This document shows, piece by piece, positions 19,231 to 29,537 of a stretch of 64,000 bases of DNA; positions within the stretch are counted from its first letter, which is position 1, and each line of letters begins with the position of its first letter. The stretch spans positions 2,847-66,846 of the forward strand of contig JBEKPL010000001.1 in NCBI GenBank assembly GCA_049520815.1, given 5' to 3'. The translations under genes were made by a program, and so were the position numbers. The notes beneath the pieces were generated by a model, which was given only the letters and a program-made list of their open reading frames with translations, searched no databases and was not told the origin of the DNA. The stretch comes from Candidatus Limnocylindrales bacterium. GTDB taxonomy: Bacteria; Chloroflexota; Limnocylindria; Limnocylindrales; CSP1-4.

Positions 19231-20990
19231 GCCAGAGGTCCCGGAGACGGAGCGGCGTCGGCCGGCCGGGCCGGTTCGACTGCGGGTTCGACCGACCCGA
19301 CGGGTTCGACCGACCCGACGGGTTCGACCGCCCCTCCGGCCGCGTCCTCGACCGCCGGCTCGACGGCCCGTTCGGCTGGCTCGGCGTCCTCCGCGGGCAA
19401 CCGGACGACCACCGCCAGCCCACCGAGCGAGCTCTGTCTTGCGTCGGCAGAACCGCCCATCGCCTCCGCCAGGCCGCGAACCACAGCCAGCCCGATCCCC
19501 GAGCCGCCCTCTACTCGCGAACCCTGGCGCCGCGGCGCGCGATAGAACCGTTCGAAGAGATGCGGCAACGCAGCTGCGGGGACTCCCGGCCCGGCATCTT
19601 CGACCACGAGATCGACGCGACCCACCCGGGCCTGGCGTGCCGAGACTCGGATTCGGCGTCCCGCAGCATACCTGGCCGCATTCTCGAGCAGGTTGGTCAG
19701 GATCTGGTCCACGAACATCCCATCGGCCCGGACGGCCGGCAGGTTCTGCGCGACCGCGACCTCCAGGTCGGAGGGTGCCAGCATCGGCCGTATTCGCTCG
19801 ACGACCGGCTCGATGATGTCGGCCAGGTCGTACAGCTCCAGCGACGGATGCAGCGCACCGCCTTCGATGCGACCGAGGTCGAGCATGTTGCGGACCAGCC
19901 GGCTCAGCCGCTCCGCCTCCCGGTCGATCGAACCGGCGGTTACGCGCGTCGCCTCCTGGGTCACCGCCACGTCCGGATCCATCAGTATCCCGGCCGCTGC
20001 CCGGATCGCCGCCAGTGGCGTACGAAGGTCGTGAGAGACGGAGTCGAGCAGGGCCGACTTGAGCGCATCGCTCTGGCGTGCCACCTCGGCTGCCGTGGCT
20101 TCGGCCGCCAGCCTGTCGCGAATGACCGACTGGCCGAGCTGGTCGGCGGCCGCGGCCAGAAGCCGAGTGTGCGAGCGCCCCGGGAACGGATCCTCTCGAT
20201 GTCGGGTCGCCCACAGCGAACCGATCGTCTCGCCGCCGGCTTCGATTGGGATGCGGAAGACCGTCACCGGCTCATCGCCTTCGCGGGCCGCCTTGCGCCG
20301 GGCCTCGCGCTGATCGACCGCGCGATCACCGGCCCGGCCGATCGCCGGCTCGCGCACGCGGGACCAGCTGGGCTGGGCGTCGGCCGAGTGCGAGTGGAGC
20401 AACCATCTCGAGGTGACCGGCGGCCGGGGCTCGCCCGCCACGCTGTCGGCCACGACTCGCTCTTCCGGGATCGCGGCGCCCAGGCCGATCCAGACCCGTG
20501 CCATCTCGGCCTCGCGCGCCAGGCGCGCGGCCAGAAGCGGTGCAGCCTCGAGGGCCGTAGCCGCCGTGGCGATGTCGCGGCTCATGGCGAACATAGCCCG
20601 CGCCTCGGCGCTGCGAAGCTCCGCCTCCCGGCGCCGCCGGAGCTGCAGCGCGCTCAGCCGCCCGATGACGGTAGCTACCACCAGGAAGAGCAGCAGATCG
20701 AGCCACTCCTCCGGCGCCGCCATCGCGAACGTGTGCAGCGGCTGGACGAAGAAGAAGTCGTACAGCAGGAACGAGATCACAGCAGTGGCCACGGCCAGCC
20801 AGCTGCCGTAGCCCATACCGACGGCCAAGACCGGCAGCAGATAGACGATCGAGGCATGCTGCACGCCCAGCGGGCCGTGGACCACCGCCGCGAGGGCCGT
20901 AGCGGAAGCCAGGCCCAGGCCGGCCACGATCAGCCCGGCCGTCGACGGCCGGCGCGGTCGCAAGATCGAGAAACGCGGGCGACTCAGCAC
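19227..20990 (-). CDS. KdpD C-terminal-type sensor histidine kinase paralog with repetitive acidic C-terminal tail
   Basis: The LLYDFFFVQPLH TM domain, SHDLRTPLAAI and a HATPase domain are present. The C-terminus carries EPVGSVEPVGSVEP repeats. Confidence 0.8.
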   Translation of the reverse strand: MLSRPRFSILRPRRPSTAGLIVAGLGLASATALAAVVHGPLGVQHASIVYLLPVLAVGMGYGSWLAVATAVISFLLYDFFFVQPLHTFAMAAPEEWLDLLLFLVVATVIGRLSALQLRRRREAELRSAEARAMFAMSRDIATAATALEAAPLLAARLAREAEMARVWIGLGAAIPEERVVADSVAGEPRPPVTSRWLLHSHSADAQPSWSRVREPAIGRAGDRAVDQREARRKAAREGDEPVTVFRIPIEAGGETIGSLWATRHREDPFPGRSHTRLLAAAADQLGQSVIRDRLAAEATAAEVARQSDALKSALLDSVSHDLRTPLAAIRAAAGILMDPDVAVTQEATRVTAGSIDREAERLSRLVRNMLDLGRIEGGALHPSLELYDLADIIEPVVERIRPMLAPSDLEVAVAQNLPAVRADGMFVDQILTNLLENAARYAAGRRIRVSARQARVGRVDLVVEDAGPGVPAAALPHLFERFYRAPRRQGSRVEGGSGIGLAVVRGLAEAMGGSADARQSSLGGLAVVVRLPAEDAEPAERAVEPAVEDAAGGAVEPVGSVEPVGSVEPAVEPARPADAAPSPGPLA

Positions 20991-21163
20991 GTGCCCATGG
21001 TAGGCCGCGGAGTGACTTGCGGCTCGCGCCGCGACTCACTCGAGCTCTCGGCCGCCTCGCGGCCTATCGGCCCCCTCGCAATCCATCGCCAGTCTCGCGG
21101 CTCCTGGCGTCCGCTCACCTGCGCTCCCACCGGACCCCGGGCTCGGCCGCCTAGAATACGGCC

Positions 21164-22537
21164 GTGGTGCAGGGGCTTCTCTCGTTCGTTGCCGCTGGGC
21201 GCGGCTGGCTCGCGAACCTGGCGAGCCTTCGGTGGGCACGGTCGGGCGGTTGGGACCTGGCCGTCCCCGCGGCCATGGTCCTGGTGGTCGGGTATGCCGT
21301 GCCCCAGCTCGGACGGGACATGGCCGGAGTTCCGTTCTGGCTGGCGTGGCTCCTCGTCACAACCGCGGCAGTCGTCGGTATGCGGACCTTGCGCCACACG
21401 GACCGCGCCGCCACGGGCACCGCAAGCGCAGCCGCTCGCTCCGGCCGGACCGCACCCGGCGGCCGTGAGTTCGCGCTTCGCCATCTGACGACCCTCCAGC
21501 TGGCGCTCGTCGCGCAGGTGGTCGTCGCCTGGGTTCTGTACGACATCCTGCTGTGGCAGCCGGCAGGCCACCTCTACGACCTTAACGTCTACCTCGGAGC
21601 GTCCGAACGCTGGATGAACGGCGGGCAGGCCTACCTGACCGCGACCCTGACGGCGTGGCCCGCCGGCGCCCGCGCCGACTTCTTCCTCTACCCGCCGCCG
21701 CTGCTGCCGGTCTTCGCCTTGCTGTCGCAGTGGCCGGCTGCGCCCGTAGCCGCCGGCTGGACTGCGTTCCAGCTGGTCTGCTGGTACCGGGCATTTCGGA
21801 TTCTCGGACTGGCGCCGAGCCTGAGTCTGCTTCTTCTGACATTCCCGCCGGTGATGATCGGCCTCGAATCGGGCAACATCGCCGGTCTGACATTCCTCCT
21901 GTTCGTTGCCGCGGTCAGAGCCGGCGGGGCGTTGATCGTCGACGGGATCTTCAAGGTTCAGAGCGGCATCCCGGCACTGTGGCTGCTGCGCCAGCGGCGC
22001 TGGCGCGGGCTGCTGGCTGGAACCGCGGTCATCTTCGCCATCGTCCTCATGACGCTGCCGCTGGTCGGAGTCGACGCCTGGCGGGCATGGTGGGCCGGGC
22101 TGGGCTACCGCGCCTCGTCGCAGGCCGTTGCCGATGCGCTCTACGGCTACTCCTACGCAAGGGTGCTCCCGGCCCCGGCGTGGGTGGCCGCCTGCGCGGC
22201 CCTGACGGTCGTCGCGCTCGCGTTCCGAGGCCGGCGCGGGCTCGCCGCCCTGGGCCTGGCCTCGATATTCGCGTCTCCCGCGCTGTGGCCCCACGGCTTC
22301 GTGTTCGCGATGCCGGCGGTGCTGATGCTGGAGAGCGGCACCGCCATGTGGCTGGTCCTCGGAGCCAGCGCCTTCGGCCCCAACATGTGGCTGCTCTTCG
22401 GGGGCGGCTGGCTAGCCATTCTGGCAGCCCGGCGATCCCCGGCCGGACCGCTCCATCCGCTCACCGGTACGGACGGCCCGTGGCCCGGCCCCATCGAGCC
22501 GCAGGCCCATTCCACACCGGAGTCACCGCGAAGATGA
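21164..22537 (+). CDS. DUF2029/GT87-like polytopic membrane protein (putative glycosyltransferase)
   Basis: The 457-aa protein has 10 or more TM helices. Its composition is typical of DUF2029-type mannosyltransferase-like proteins. It is divergent from the second kinase gene. Confidence 0.55.
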   Translation: MVQGLLSFVAAGRGWLANLASLRWARSGGWDLAVPAAMVLVVGYAVPQLGRDMAGVPFWLAWLLVTTAAVVGMRTLRHTDRAATGTASAAARSGRTAPGGREFALRHLTTLQLALVAQVVVAWVLYDILLWQPAGHLYDLNVYLGASERWMNGGQAYLTATLTAWPAGARADFFLYPPPLLPVFALLSQWPAAPVAAGWTAFQLVCWYRAFRILGLAPSLSLLLLTFPPVMIGLESGNIAGLTFLLFVAAVRAGGALIVDGIFKVQSGIPALWLLRQRRWRGLLAGTAVIFAIVLMTLPLVGVDAWRAWWAGLGYRASSQAVADALYGYSYARVLPAPAWVAACAALTVVALAFRGRRGLAALGLASIFASPALWPHGFVFAMPAVLMLESGTAMWLVLGASAFGPNMWLLFGGGWLAILAARRSPAGPLHPLTGTDGPWPGPIEPQAHSTPESPRR

Positions 22538-22653
22538 AGAGCTTCATCAAGAGAATCCCAATCGTCGGAGAGCTGCTCCAAAGGGCCTACTGGCGTCTCC
22601 TCGGCCGCGCCGGGCCCAAGTCGGGGCCGTTTCCGGGATCTAGGGAGTACTAG
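22534..22653 (+). other. 39-codon ORF, in frame with and 5' of the methyltransferase, separated from it only by a TAG
   Basis: The peptide is MKSFIKRIPIVGELLQRAYWRLLGRAGPKSGPFPGSREY*. Its ATG overlaps the DUF2029 gene stop (ATGA). Confidence 0.4.
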
Positions 22654-22725
22654 GAAGCTCGATACGCCTCCGGCGGCGACTCCGGCACCGGCTCCCACGC
22701 CCAGCTGGCGGCCTTCAAGGCCGAG

Positions 22726-23301
22726 GTGATCAACGCCTTCGTTCGGGAGCATGGCGTTCGCTCTGTCATCGAGTTCGGCTGCGGGGACGGCAGCCAGCTC
22801 AGCCAGGCCAGCTACCCGGAGTACTTGGGCCTGGATGTCAGCGAGACGGTCGTCGCCAAGTGCAAGAAGCTCTTCGCCTCCGACCCGACCAAGACCTTCG
22901 CCCTGATGGATGACTACCGGGGCGAAGTAGCGGACCTGACCCTCTCCCTCGATGTCGTCTACCACCTGGTGGAAGATGACGTCTTCGACGACTACATGCG
23001 AAAGCTCTTCGCGGGCTCGGTTCGCTACGTCATCGTGTATTCGAGCAACACGGACATGAACGCCAATCCGGATGCCGATGCCGACTACCGTGGCGGGTAC
23101 ATACGACAGCGCGAGTTCACGCGGTGGGTGCAGCTGCACGCCCCGGCATGGACGCTCATCGAGCACATCCCCAACAGGTACCCGTACGGCGGGGATGACC
23201 GGGAGGGCTCGTTCGCGGACTTCTACATCTACGAGAAGAGGCGACGGGCGCTGGCCTCTGCCAGTCTCGCGGGTGCTAGCCGATTCGATCGGACGCCCTA
23301 G
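22726..23301 (+). CDS. class I SAM-dependent methyltransferase (frame continues upstream through an in-frame TAG to an ATG at 22534)
   Basis: Motif I is VIEFGCGDGSQ. GC content is lower than the surroundings. The GTG at 22726 is the first start after the TAG at 22651-22653. Confidence 0.7.
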   Translation: MINAFVREHGVRSVIEFGCGDGSQLSQASYPEYLGLDVSETVVAKCKKLFASDPTKTFALMDDYRGEVADLTLSLDVVYHLVEDDVFDDYMRKLFAGSVRYVIVYSSNTDMNANPDADADYRGGYIRQREFTRWVQLHAPAWTLIEHIPNRYPYGGDDREGSFADFYIYEKRRRALASASLAGASRFDRTP

Positions 23302-23832
23302 TGATTTCCGCGTACACAGTCCGGCCCGGCCGTGCCGAGTACCGAATCGACGCGATCCGCCGGTGTTCGCTTTGTGCGCGCCCAAGCCGGGCGCACGGCT
23401 CCGGCCGCTCTGGTACGCCAGCTTTGAGACCCACCGCCGAATGAAGCTCAGCGCGCTAGGGGAGATCAAGGTCGACGCGGCGGCCCGCAAGGTGGCCCTC
23501 GAGGACGTGCTGGCAGCCGTTGTCGAGATCCGTGGTCTAAGCTCTGAAGTCGTACGAGCCACGGACGGCATCGCCGAAATCGCCTCCGACACGAACGAGT
23601 CGGCCGAGTCGACCTGACCGCCGCGCATGGCAGGGCCGCTTACCCCCCAAGCGGCCCTGCCACCACTTCCACCTCGAGCGCCCGATGGCAACGACGGTTC
23701 TTTCGGCGCGATCTGACGTACGGCACTTCACGCGACGAGTCGCAAGTGGCAGGCTGACGGGACTTCGATCGACGGCCGGACGGGACTGGCGGACCTGACC
23801 CATCCGGCTCGTCAAGGCTCCGGGAGAGCGAG

Positions 23833-24183
23833 ATGCCCGACTGGTGGGCTCACTCCGACGCCTTGCGCGACCTGCTCGTTGAGCTGGGTCGTCTACCGCC
23901 GCCCCAGCGCAAGTTCGACTTCGAGGAGATCCAGCCGGGCTGGCTCGTCTACGACAACCGGTTCGAGCCGATCGGACGGATCTGCGGCCAGCTGGACCGC
24001 TACATCGTCGTCCAGCGATTGTTCCACGGGTTCTACATATGGCTGCGGCTGTACATCCCCGAAGATGCCATCGGCCACGCGCGGGAAGGCTCGGTGCGGC
24101 TGAACATCCCTCGCGCCTGGATCGGGGCGATGGGCTGGAATCGCCCGCCGCGCCTACCCCCGGCAGCGTGGCGCGATCATTGA
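23833..24183 (+). CDS. hypothetical protein (116 aa)
   Basis: The ORF has sound codon usage (MPDWWAHSDALRDLLVELGRLPPPQRKFDFEEIQPGWLVYDNRFEPIGR…). No family was recognised. Confidence 0.4.
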   Translation: MPDWWAHSDALRDLLVELGRLPPPQRKFDFEEIQPGWLVYDNRFEPIGRICGQLDRYIVVQRLFHGFYIWLRLYIPEDAIGHAREGSVRLNIPRAWIGAMGWNRPPRLPPAAWRDH

Positions 24184-24259
24184 CCCGAAGCGGACCGCCG
24201 CACCGGCCGCCCGCCGAGCCAGGGCTGCCGCCCGTGCCGTCGGCTCACGAGCAGGCGCT

Positions 24260-25084
24260 ATGCTGCGCCCCATGGCAGCTCACTCGGCCACCGCGGCTCC
24301 GCTGATCGTGGTCACCGTCGCCGACCCGGCCGCCTCCACCGACGCGGCCCTGACCCTGCGCAAGAATCAGCTGTACGCGGACGCGGTCCTCCGCCACGGT
24401 GGCAACCCGGTGCTGGTCAATGCCGCGGCGCCTATCGCAGAACGCGATCGCCGGCTGGCCGAAATGGCCGGCCTGCTCCTGACCGGCGGCCCTGACGTGG
24501 ACCCTGCCCTGTACGGCGAGAAGCCGGTGGGAGCTGCCGACCTCGACCCGGCCCGCGACCAGCTGGAGCTAGCGGCGTGGCGGGCGGCGCAGCGGCGGTC
24601 CGTGCCCGTGCTGGGCATCTGCCGCGGGCTCCAGGCGATCAACGTCTTCTCGGGCGGGAAGCTACTCCAGGATGTACCCAGCCACGCGGGCACGCCCTAC
24701 GGCCACGGCCCAGCCCACACCCACTTCCTCGAAATCGAACCCAGCAGCAAGCTTGGCCGGGCCATCGCCTCCGCCGCGCCCGACGGCGTTGCCGGCGGGG
24801 ACCCCGACGACGACATGCTCGAGCTCGAGGTGAACACGTACCACCACCAGGCTGTCCACCACGGCGCCCTGGCCGCCGGCCTGCGGGCCGTGGCCTGGTC
24901 CGACAGCGAGCGGGGCCGGCTCGTGGAAGGCCTCGAGGGCGGGGGTGACCGCTGGCTGGTGGCGGTGCAGTGCCACCCGGAGCGGACCGAGTCGACGCCC
25001 GAGGAATTCGCCGGCCTGTGGGCCGACTTCGTGCGAGCGGCTGCCCGATTTGCCACGATCGAGAGGAGCACCACGCCCGCCTGA
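24260..25084 (+). CDS. class I glutamine amidotransferase-like hydrolase (γ-glutamyl-GABA hydrolase / peptidase C26 family)
   Basis: The sequence VLGICRGLQAINVFSGG has the catalytic Cys. It is followed by …HHQAV and …CHPE. An alternative start is at 24272. Confidence 0.75.
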   Translation: MLRPMAAHSATAAPLIVVTVADPAASTDAALTLRKNQLYADAVLRHGGNPVLVNAAAPIAERDRRLAEMAGLLLTGGPDVDPALYGEKPVGAADLDPARDQLELAAWRAAQRRSVPVLGICRGLQAINVFSGGKLLQDVPSHAGTPYGHGPAHTHFLEIEPSSKLGRAIASAAPDGVAGGDPDDDMLELEVNTYHHQAVHHGALAAGLRAVAWSDSERGRLVEGLEGGGDRWLVAVQCHPERTESTPEEFAGLWADFVRAAARFATIERSTTPA

Positions 25085-25512
25085 GCGGTCCGCCGTCTGT
25101 GGGAAGAATGCCGGCGGCTCCGACTTCGCACCTATTCGTGAGATGACTACTATCGAACGTCGGGACGGACATGAGTGGCGGCAGGCGACCGAAGAGGTAG
25201 CCAAACGGCCCGATTCACGCTCGGCTGGGGATCGATCTCACGAAACGCGACGGATGCCTCGACACGCCTCCGTGCCCGGCGTGGGTAGCAGTCACCCCGC
25301 GCATATCCGATACGTCCGGCCCACACGGTGGCACCCGAGAGTAACCACGCCCGCCTGACCCGCTCGCGCCCTGCCCAAGGGGGCACGGGCAAGGTCCTGA
25401 GGGCGGACCTGCGAGCCGTTCCGGAAGGACCACGACTCGCGGGTCCAGTAGCAGCTGCCCGCCTCGGACCGTACGATAGGCCCGTTGCCACGGCATACAG
25501 GAGGACCGGAGA

Positions 25513-26502
25513 GTGCTGTTCGATCTGCCTCTGACCGAGCTGAGGGTCTACAAGCCTGCGCGCGAGGAGCCCGCCGACTTCGACGCCTTCTGGGCCGACA
25601 CCCTGGCCGGCGCGCGCAAGCATCCGCTCGAACCGAAGTTCGAACCGGTCGACGCCGGCCTGATGGCGATCGACGTCTGGGACGTCACCTTCGCCGGCTT
25701 CGGAGGCCAGCCCATCAAGGGCTGGTTCCTGGCTCCTCGCGACGTGGCCGCCTCGCCGTTCGCCAGAGACGGGCGGCTGCCGTGCGTGGTCGAATACATC
25801 GGCTACGGCGGTGGCCGCGGCCGGCCGATCGACTGGCTGACGTTTCCGAGCGCCGGCCACGCCCATCTCGTCATGGACGTCCGCGGCCAGGGCAGCTCCT
25901 GGCGCGCCGGAGATACGCCCGATCCCGACTCCGGAGCGGCGATGGGCCACTACCCAGGGTTCGCCACGCGAGGCATCCACGACCCGGCGACCTACTACTA
26001 CCGCCGCCTGATGACCGATGCCGTTAGGGCGGTGGAAGCGGCCCGGTCGCATCCCGCGGTGGACCCGGCCCGCGTGGCGGTGAACGGTGGCAGCCAGGGC
26101 GGCGGCCTGGCGCTGGCCGCGGCCGGCCTGGTGCCGGACCTTCTCCTGACCCTCACCGACGTGCCGTTCATGTGCCACTGGCGCCGCGCCACCGAGATCA
26201 CCGATGGCGACCCGTACCACGAGATCGTCCGCTACGCCAAGATCCACCGCGACCAGGCGGAGCGGATCTTCGACACGCTCTCCTACTTCGACGGGCTCAA
26301 CTTCGCGGCTCGAGCCAAGTCGCCGGCTCTCTTCTCCGTGGCGTTGATGGACCACACGTGCCCGCCCTCCACGGTCTTCGCGGCCTACAACCACTACGCC
26401 GGGCCCAAGGCGATCGAGGTCTACCCGTTCAACGACCACGAGGGCGGTGAGACCGTGCACGAGGAGCGCAAGATGCGCCGTCTGGCCGACGCGGCGCGGT
26501 GA
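25513..26502 (+). CDS. acetylxylan esterase / cephalosporin-C deacetylase family (CE7) α/β-hydrolase
   Basis: The N-terminal [13 protein letters not shown] and the [10 protein letters not shown] nucleophile elbow are typical of CE7. The stop overlaps the downstream GT gene start (GTGA). Confidence 0.8.
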   Translation: MLFDLPLTELRVYKPAREEPADFDAFWADTLAGARKHPLEPKFEPVDAGLMAIDVWDVTFAGFGGQPIKGWFLAPRDVAASPFARDGRLPCVVEYIGYGGGRGRPIDWLTFPSAGHAHLVMDVRGQGSSWRAGDTPDPDSGAAMGHYPGFATRGIHDPATYYYRRLMTDAVRAVEAARSHPAVDPARVAVNGGSQGGGLALAAAGLVPDLLLTLTDVPFMCHWRRATEITDGDPYHEIVRYAKIHRDQAERIFDTLSYFDGLNFAARAKSPALFSVALMDHTCPPSTVFAAYNHYAGPKAIEVYPFNDHEGGETVHEERKMRRLADAAR

Positions 26503-28061
26503 ATCAGGTTCAGGCAGACACCACTCCAGCGAGGGCCGCCGGGGAGCCGCCGCTGGCGAGCGCGCGGCTCATGGCGCTCGCGGCGATCCTGGCCATGGCC
26601 GCGATCGTCGCGGCCGCGATCCTCCTCCGCTTCTACGATCTGGCCGCCAACCCCGGCGCCGGTCTGTACGGCGACGAAGCGTCCGAAGGCCTGGACGCGC
26701 TCAAGCTGCTGCACCAGCCGGGGTTCCACCCCGACTGGCTGGTCTGGTTCCAAGACGACGGCGGGCGCGAGGCCCTCTTCGCCTACGTGGTCGCGGCCGT
26801 GTTCCACTTCTTCGGCGAGACCACATTCGTCTTGCGGGGCACCGCTGCCGCGTTCGGCGTGGCGGGCGTGCTGGCCATCGGCCTGCTGGGCCGGCGCTTC
26901 GGCACGTTGACGGGGCTCGTGGCGGCGGCCTGGGCGGCCGGCTCGCTGTGGCTCGTCTGCGTCAGTCGCGACGGGATGCGCAACACCATCGTGCCGCTGT
27001 TCGGCGCCCTGGCCCTGATCGCACTGCTGCGCTGGGCCGGCCGTCCAGGCCGCGGTACGGCCGCGGTGGCCGGGGCGGTCACGGCAGTGGCGGCGCTCTA
27101 CACATACCAGCCGCTCAAGCTGCTGCCGGCGCTGGTCATCGTCTGGCTGCTGTGGCTGCGCTGGGCCGATCGGCCGCGCTACAACGACCTGCGCGCCGGA
27201 GCCGTGCCGTTCGTGGCCGCGTTCCTGATCGTGGCCGCGCCGATGATCGCGGTGGCGGTCACGGACCCGATCAGCTACTTCGGCCGGGCAACGGTGGTGA
27301 GCGTGTTCAACCCGGCCTCGGCGGCCGACAGCAGCCCGGCCGTGCACGTGCTCCGCACGCTCGGCATGTTCGGTTTCCTAGGGGATCAGAACGGGCGCCA
27401 CGACGTCGCAGCCCTGCCTCTCGTGCCGTTGCCGCTGGTGGCCGTGGCCGCCTTCGGCCTGCTGCGGCTGTGGCGGATGCGCCGCGACGCCGGCCACGCC
27501 CTGATCCTGCTGAGCCTGCCCGTCTTCCTGCTGCCGCCGCTCCTCGCCACGGAGGGCTACTCGCCGCACTTCCTGCGGGCGCTCGGCTTGGCCGCACCGC
27601 TCGGGGTGACGATCGGGCTCGGCGCGACCGAACTTGGTGAATGGGCCCGCGGACGGTGGGGAGCCAGGGCCGGCAGAGTCGCTATCTCGATCGTTGCCGT
27701 CGGGCTCGCTGCGATCGCCGTCATGAGCGGTGTGGTCTACCTGTCGCGCTCGGTCGCCGATCGATACGACCCGTTCAGCTACCAGATCGCCGCCATGGGC
27801 GAGTACGCCAACGAGCATCCCGGCTCGGCCGTCATCATCGACGACTTCTCCGCCACGGACATCGAGTTCGTCTACTTCCACGATCAACCGACCTTCTTCC
27901 CGCCCGGCTCCAGGATCGAGAACCCTCGCATCTACTCGACCGTGGTGGCGGCGAGCCGCGCCGACCTGACCCGAGCCCTGGGGTCGGATGCGGCAGCTCG
28001 CGCCCAGCCGGTTGCCTGGGATCCGGATGGCAGGCCCGCCGTCTGGGCAGTGTCGCCGTGA
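26499..28061 (+). CDS. GT-C fold glycosyltransferase (ArnT/PMT, GT39/83-like) polytopic membrane protein
   Basis: The 520-aa protein has a multi-TM N-terminal region with a DE-containing first loop ([11 protein letters not shown]) and a soluble C-terminal domain. Confidence 0.7.
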   Translation: MNQVQADTTPARAAGEPPLASARLMALAAILAMAAIVAAAILLRFYDLAANPGAGLYGDEASEGLDALKLLHQPGFHPDWLVWFQDDGGREALFAYVVAAVFHFFGETTFVLRGTAAAFGVAGVLAIGLLGRRFGTLTGLVAAAWAAGSLWLVCVSRDGMRNTIVPLFGALALIALLRWAGRPGRGTAAVAGAVTAVAALYTYQPLKLLPALVIVWLLWLRWADRPRYNDLRAGAVPFVAAFLIVAAPMIAVAVTDPISYFGRATVVSVFNPASAADSSPAVHVLRTLGMFGFLGDQNGRHDVAALPLVPLPLVAVAAFGLLRLWRMRRDAGHALILLSLPVFLLPPLLATEGYSPHFLRALGLAAPLGVTIGLGATELGEWARGRWGARAGRVAISIVAVGLAAIAVMSGVVYLSRSVADRYDPFSYQIAAMGEYANEHPGSAVIIDDFSATDIEFVYFHDQPTFFPPGSRIENPRIYSTVVAASRADLTRALGSDAAARAQPVAWDPDGRPAVWAVSP

Positions 28062-29518
28062 GCGATCGGCTGACCGGCCTCCGGCGCAGCCTGGGCTACA
28101 GCCGGGCGCTGGCCCTGGTCACCACCGCGGGCGCTCTCCTTCGGCTCGCCTTCCTGGCCCGCCAGCCGATCGGCTACGACGAGGACTTCTCGGCGGTCGT
28201 CCTCCACCACCCGCCCGACCGTATGCTCGACATAGTCGGCCGCGACAGCGCACCGCCCCTCTTCTATCTGCTGGCCTGGCTGCCGGCGCAGCTCGGCGCG
28301 TCTCCCTGGGCCCTGAGGCTCGTCCCCGCGCTGGCCGGGATCGCCCTGATCCCGCTCGTGGCGGCTCTCGCCCGCCGCGTGGCCGGAGACGCGTCGGGGC
28401 TCTGGGCCGGGGTCTTCGTGGCAATCCTGCCCACGACCGTGATGCTCTCCGAGTTCGCCAGGATGTCCGGCCTGGCCGGGACCCTGACGGCGGCCGCGAC
28501 GCTGCTCCTCTGGCGAGCGACCGAAAGCCCGAGCCCCGGCCGCTGGGCCGCCTACGCCGCCGCCGCAGCGGCCGCCGTCTGGACTAGCTACTTCGCGGTC
28601 CTGGCCCTGGTCGCGATCGTGCTGGCCGGGATCTGGCTTGCGCCGTCACGCCGGGTTGCCGCCGGCGCCGGGATCGCCACGGCCGTCGCCGTTCTCACGC
28701 TGGCGCCGTGGCTGTTCTTCGCCCGGGCCCAGTTCGAGCACGCTGGCGGGAGCTTCTGGGTTCCGCCCCTGAGCCCGACCACGATCGGCGGAACGCTCGG
28801 GCAGCTCTTCACGGGTCCGCCCGTGGATTCGGAGCTGCCCTTAGGGCCTTGGCTTATTGCCCTGCAATGCGTGGCCGTGGCCGCGGGCTGCGTGGTTCTG
28901 GCCGCGGCCGCCGTCGCATGGCGACGCCTTCCGCCGACGTCGCGTCGGGCCGCCCTCTTCTGCCTGCTGGCGAGCGGCGGAGTCCTCGTCCTGGCCATGG
29001 CGAGTATCTGGAGGCCGCTGCTGGAGGCTCGCTACGCCGGCGTCATGTGGCTGCCCCTGTTCGCGCTGGCGGGCTTGGGGCTGGCTGCCTTGCCCCGACG
29101 AGTGGCAGTGGCGCTGGTCGTGGCGCTGGCCGTGCCAACCCTGGCCCTGAGCGTGGCCGTCACCCACGCGGAGACCTCGTCCCTGGTCCCGGAGCTGGAT
29201 GCTCGCGCCGGCGACCACGACCTCGTGGCTGCGTCGCCGAGCCACTACCTGGTCCTGCTGGACGAGGCCGGGCCCCGGACGCAGGGCCGCCTGCACGTCC
29301 TTGCGGCGGACGACCCGCCCTGGTTCGACGGTACCGCCGCCTATCCGCCGGGGGCGGTCATCCATGCCGTACCCGCGGACGTGACCGCCAACCGCGGCCT
29401 CATCTTCTGGGTCGCCGATCCGGGCGCCGCTCCCCCACTCCTGCCGGCGGGCTACCGCTCAACGGAGAGCCGCTGCGCGATCGGGGTCTGCCTGACGGTC
29501 TACGGCCCGGCCGACTGA
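28058..29518 (+). CDS. GT-C fold glycosyltransferase paralog (ArnT/PMT-like)
   Basis: The GTG at 28058 overlaps the previous stop. A PIGYDEDFSAV loop motif and a multi-TM profile are present. Confidence 0.65.
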   Translation: MSDRLTGLRRSLGYSRALALVTTAGALLRLAFLARQPIGYDEDFSAVVLHHPPDRMLDIVGRDSAPPLFYLLAWLPAQLGASPWALRLVPALAGIALIPLVAALARRVAGDASGLWAGVFVAILPTTVMLSEFARMSGLAGTLTAAATLLLWRATESPSPGRWAAYAAAAAAAVWTSYFAVLALVAIVLAGIWLAPSRRVAAGAGIATAVAVLTLAPWLFFARAQFEHAGGSFWVPPLSPTTIGGTLGQLFTGPPVDSELPLGPWLIALQCVAVAAGCVVLAAAAVAWRRLPPTSRRAALFCLLASGGVLVLAMASIWRPLLEARYAGVMWLPLFALAGLGLAALPRRVAVALVVALAVPTLALSVAVTHAETSSLVPELDARAGDHDLVAASPSHYLVLLDEAGPRTQGRLHVLAADDPPWFDGTAAYPPGAVIHAVPADVTANRGLIFWVADPGAAPPLLPAGYRSTESRCAIGVCLTVYGPAD

Positions 29519-29537
29519 GGCGGAGGCGCGGCGTCTA

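Noticed and set aside
18526-20214. 562-aa merged ORF spanning the response regulator and part of the kinase
   Set aside because: Only the C-terminal 234 aa (from the GTG at 19230) form a receiver plus winged-helix protein. The N-terminal 328 aa are a wrong-frame read-through across the kinase gene (Arg/Gly repeats).
22153-23691. 512-aa minus-strand ORF across the methyltransferase region, and the 23072..23617(+) and 23537..23815(-) ORFs
   Set aside because: These are antisense or alternate-frame opens with no domain signal. The 58-aa tail MKLSALGEIKVDAAARKV…ASDTNESAEST (23441..23617) faintly resembles an MCP signalling-domain fragment, but it is too short and unsupported to call.
25085-25512. 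428-nt intergenic gap between the GATase and CE7 esterase genes (possible sRNA or riboswitch)
   Set aside because: I saw no recognisable conserved RNA motif, no small ORF with sensible composition and no repeat structure. It is most simply a promoter/5'-UTR region.
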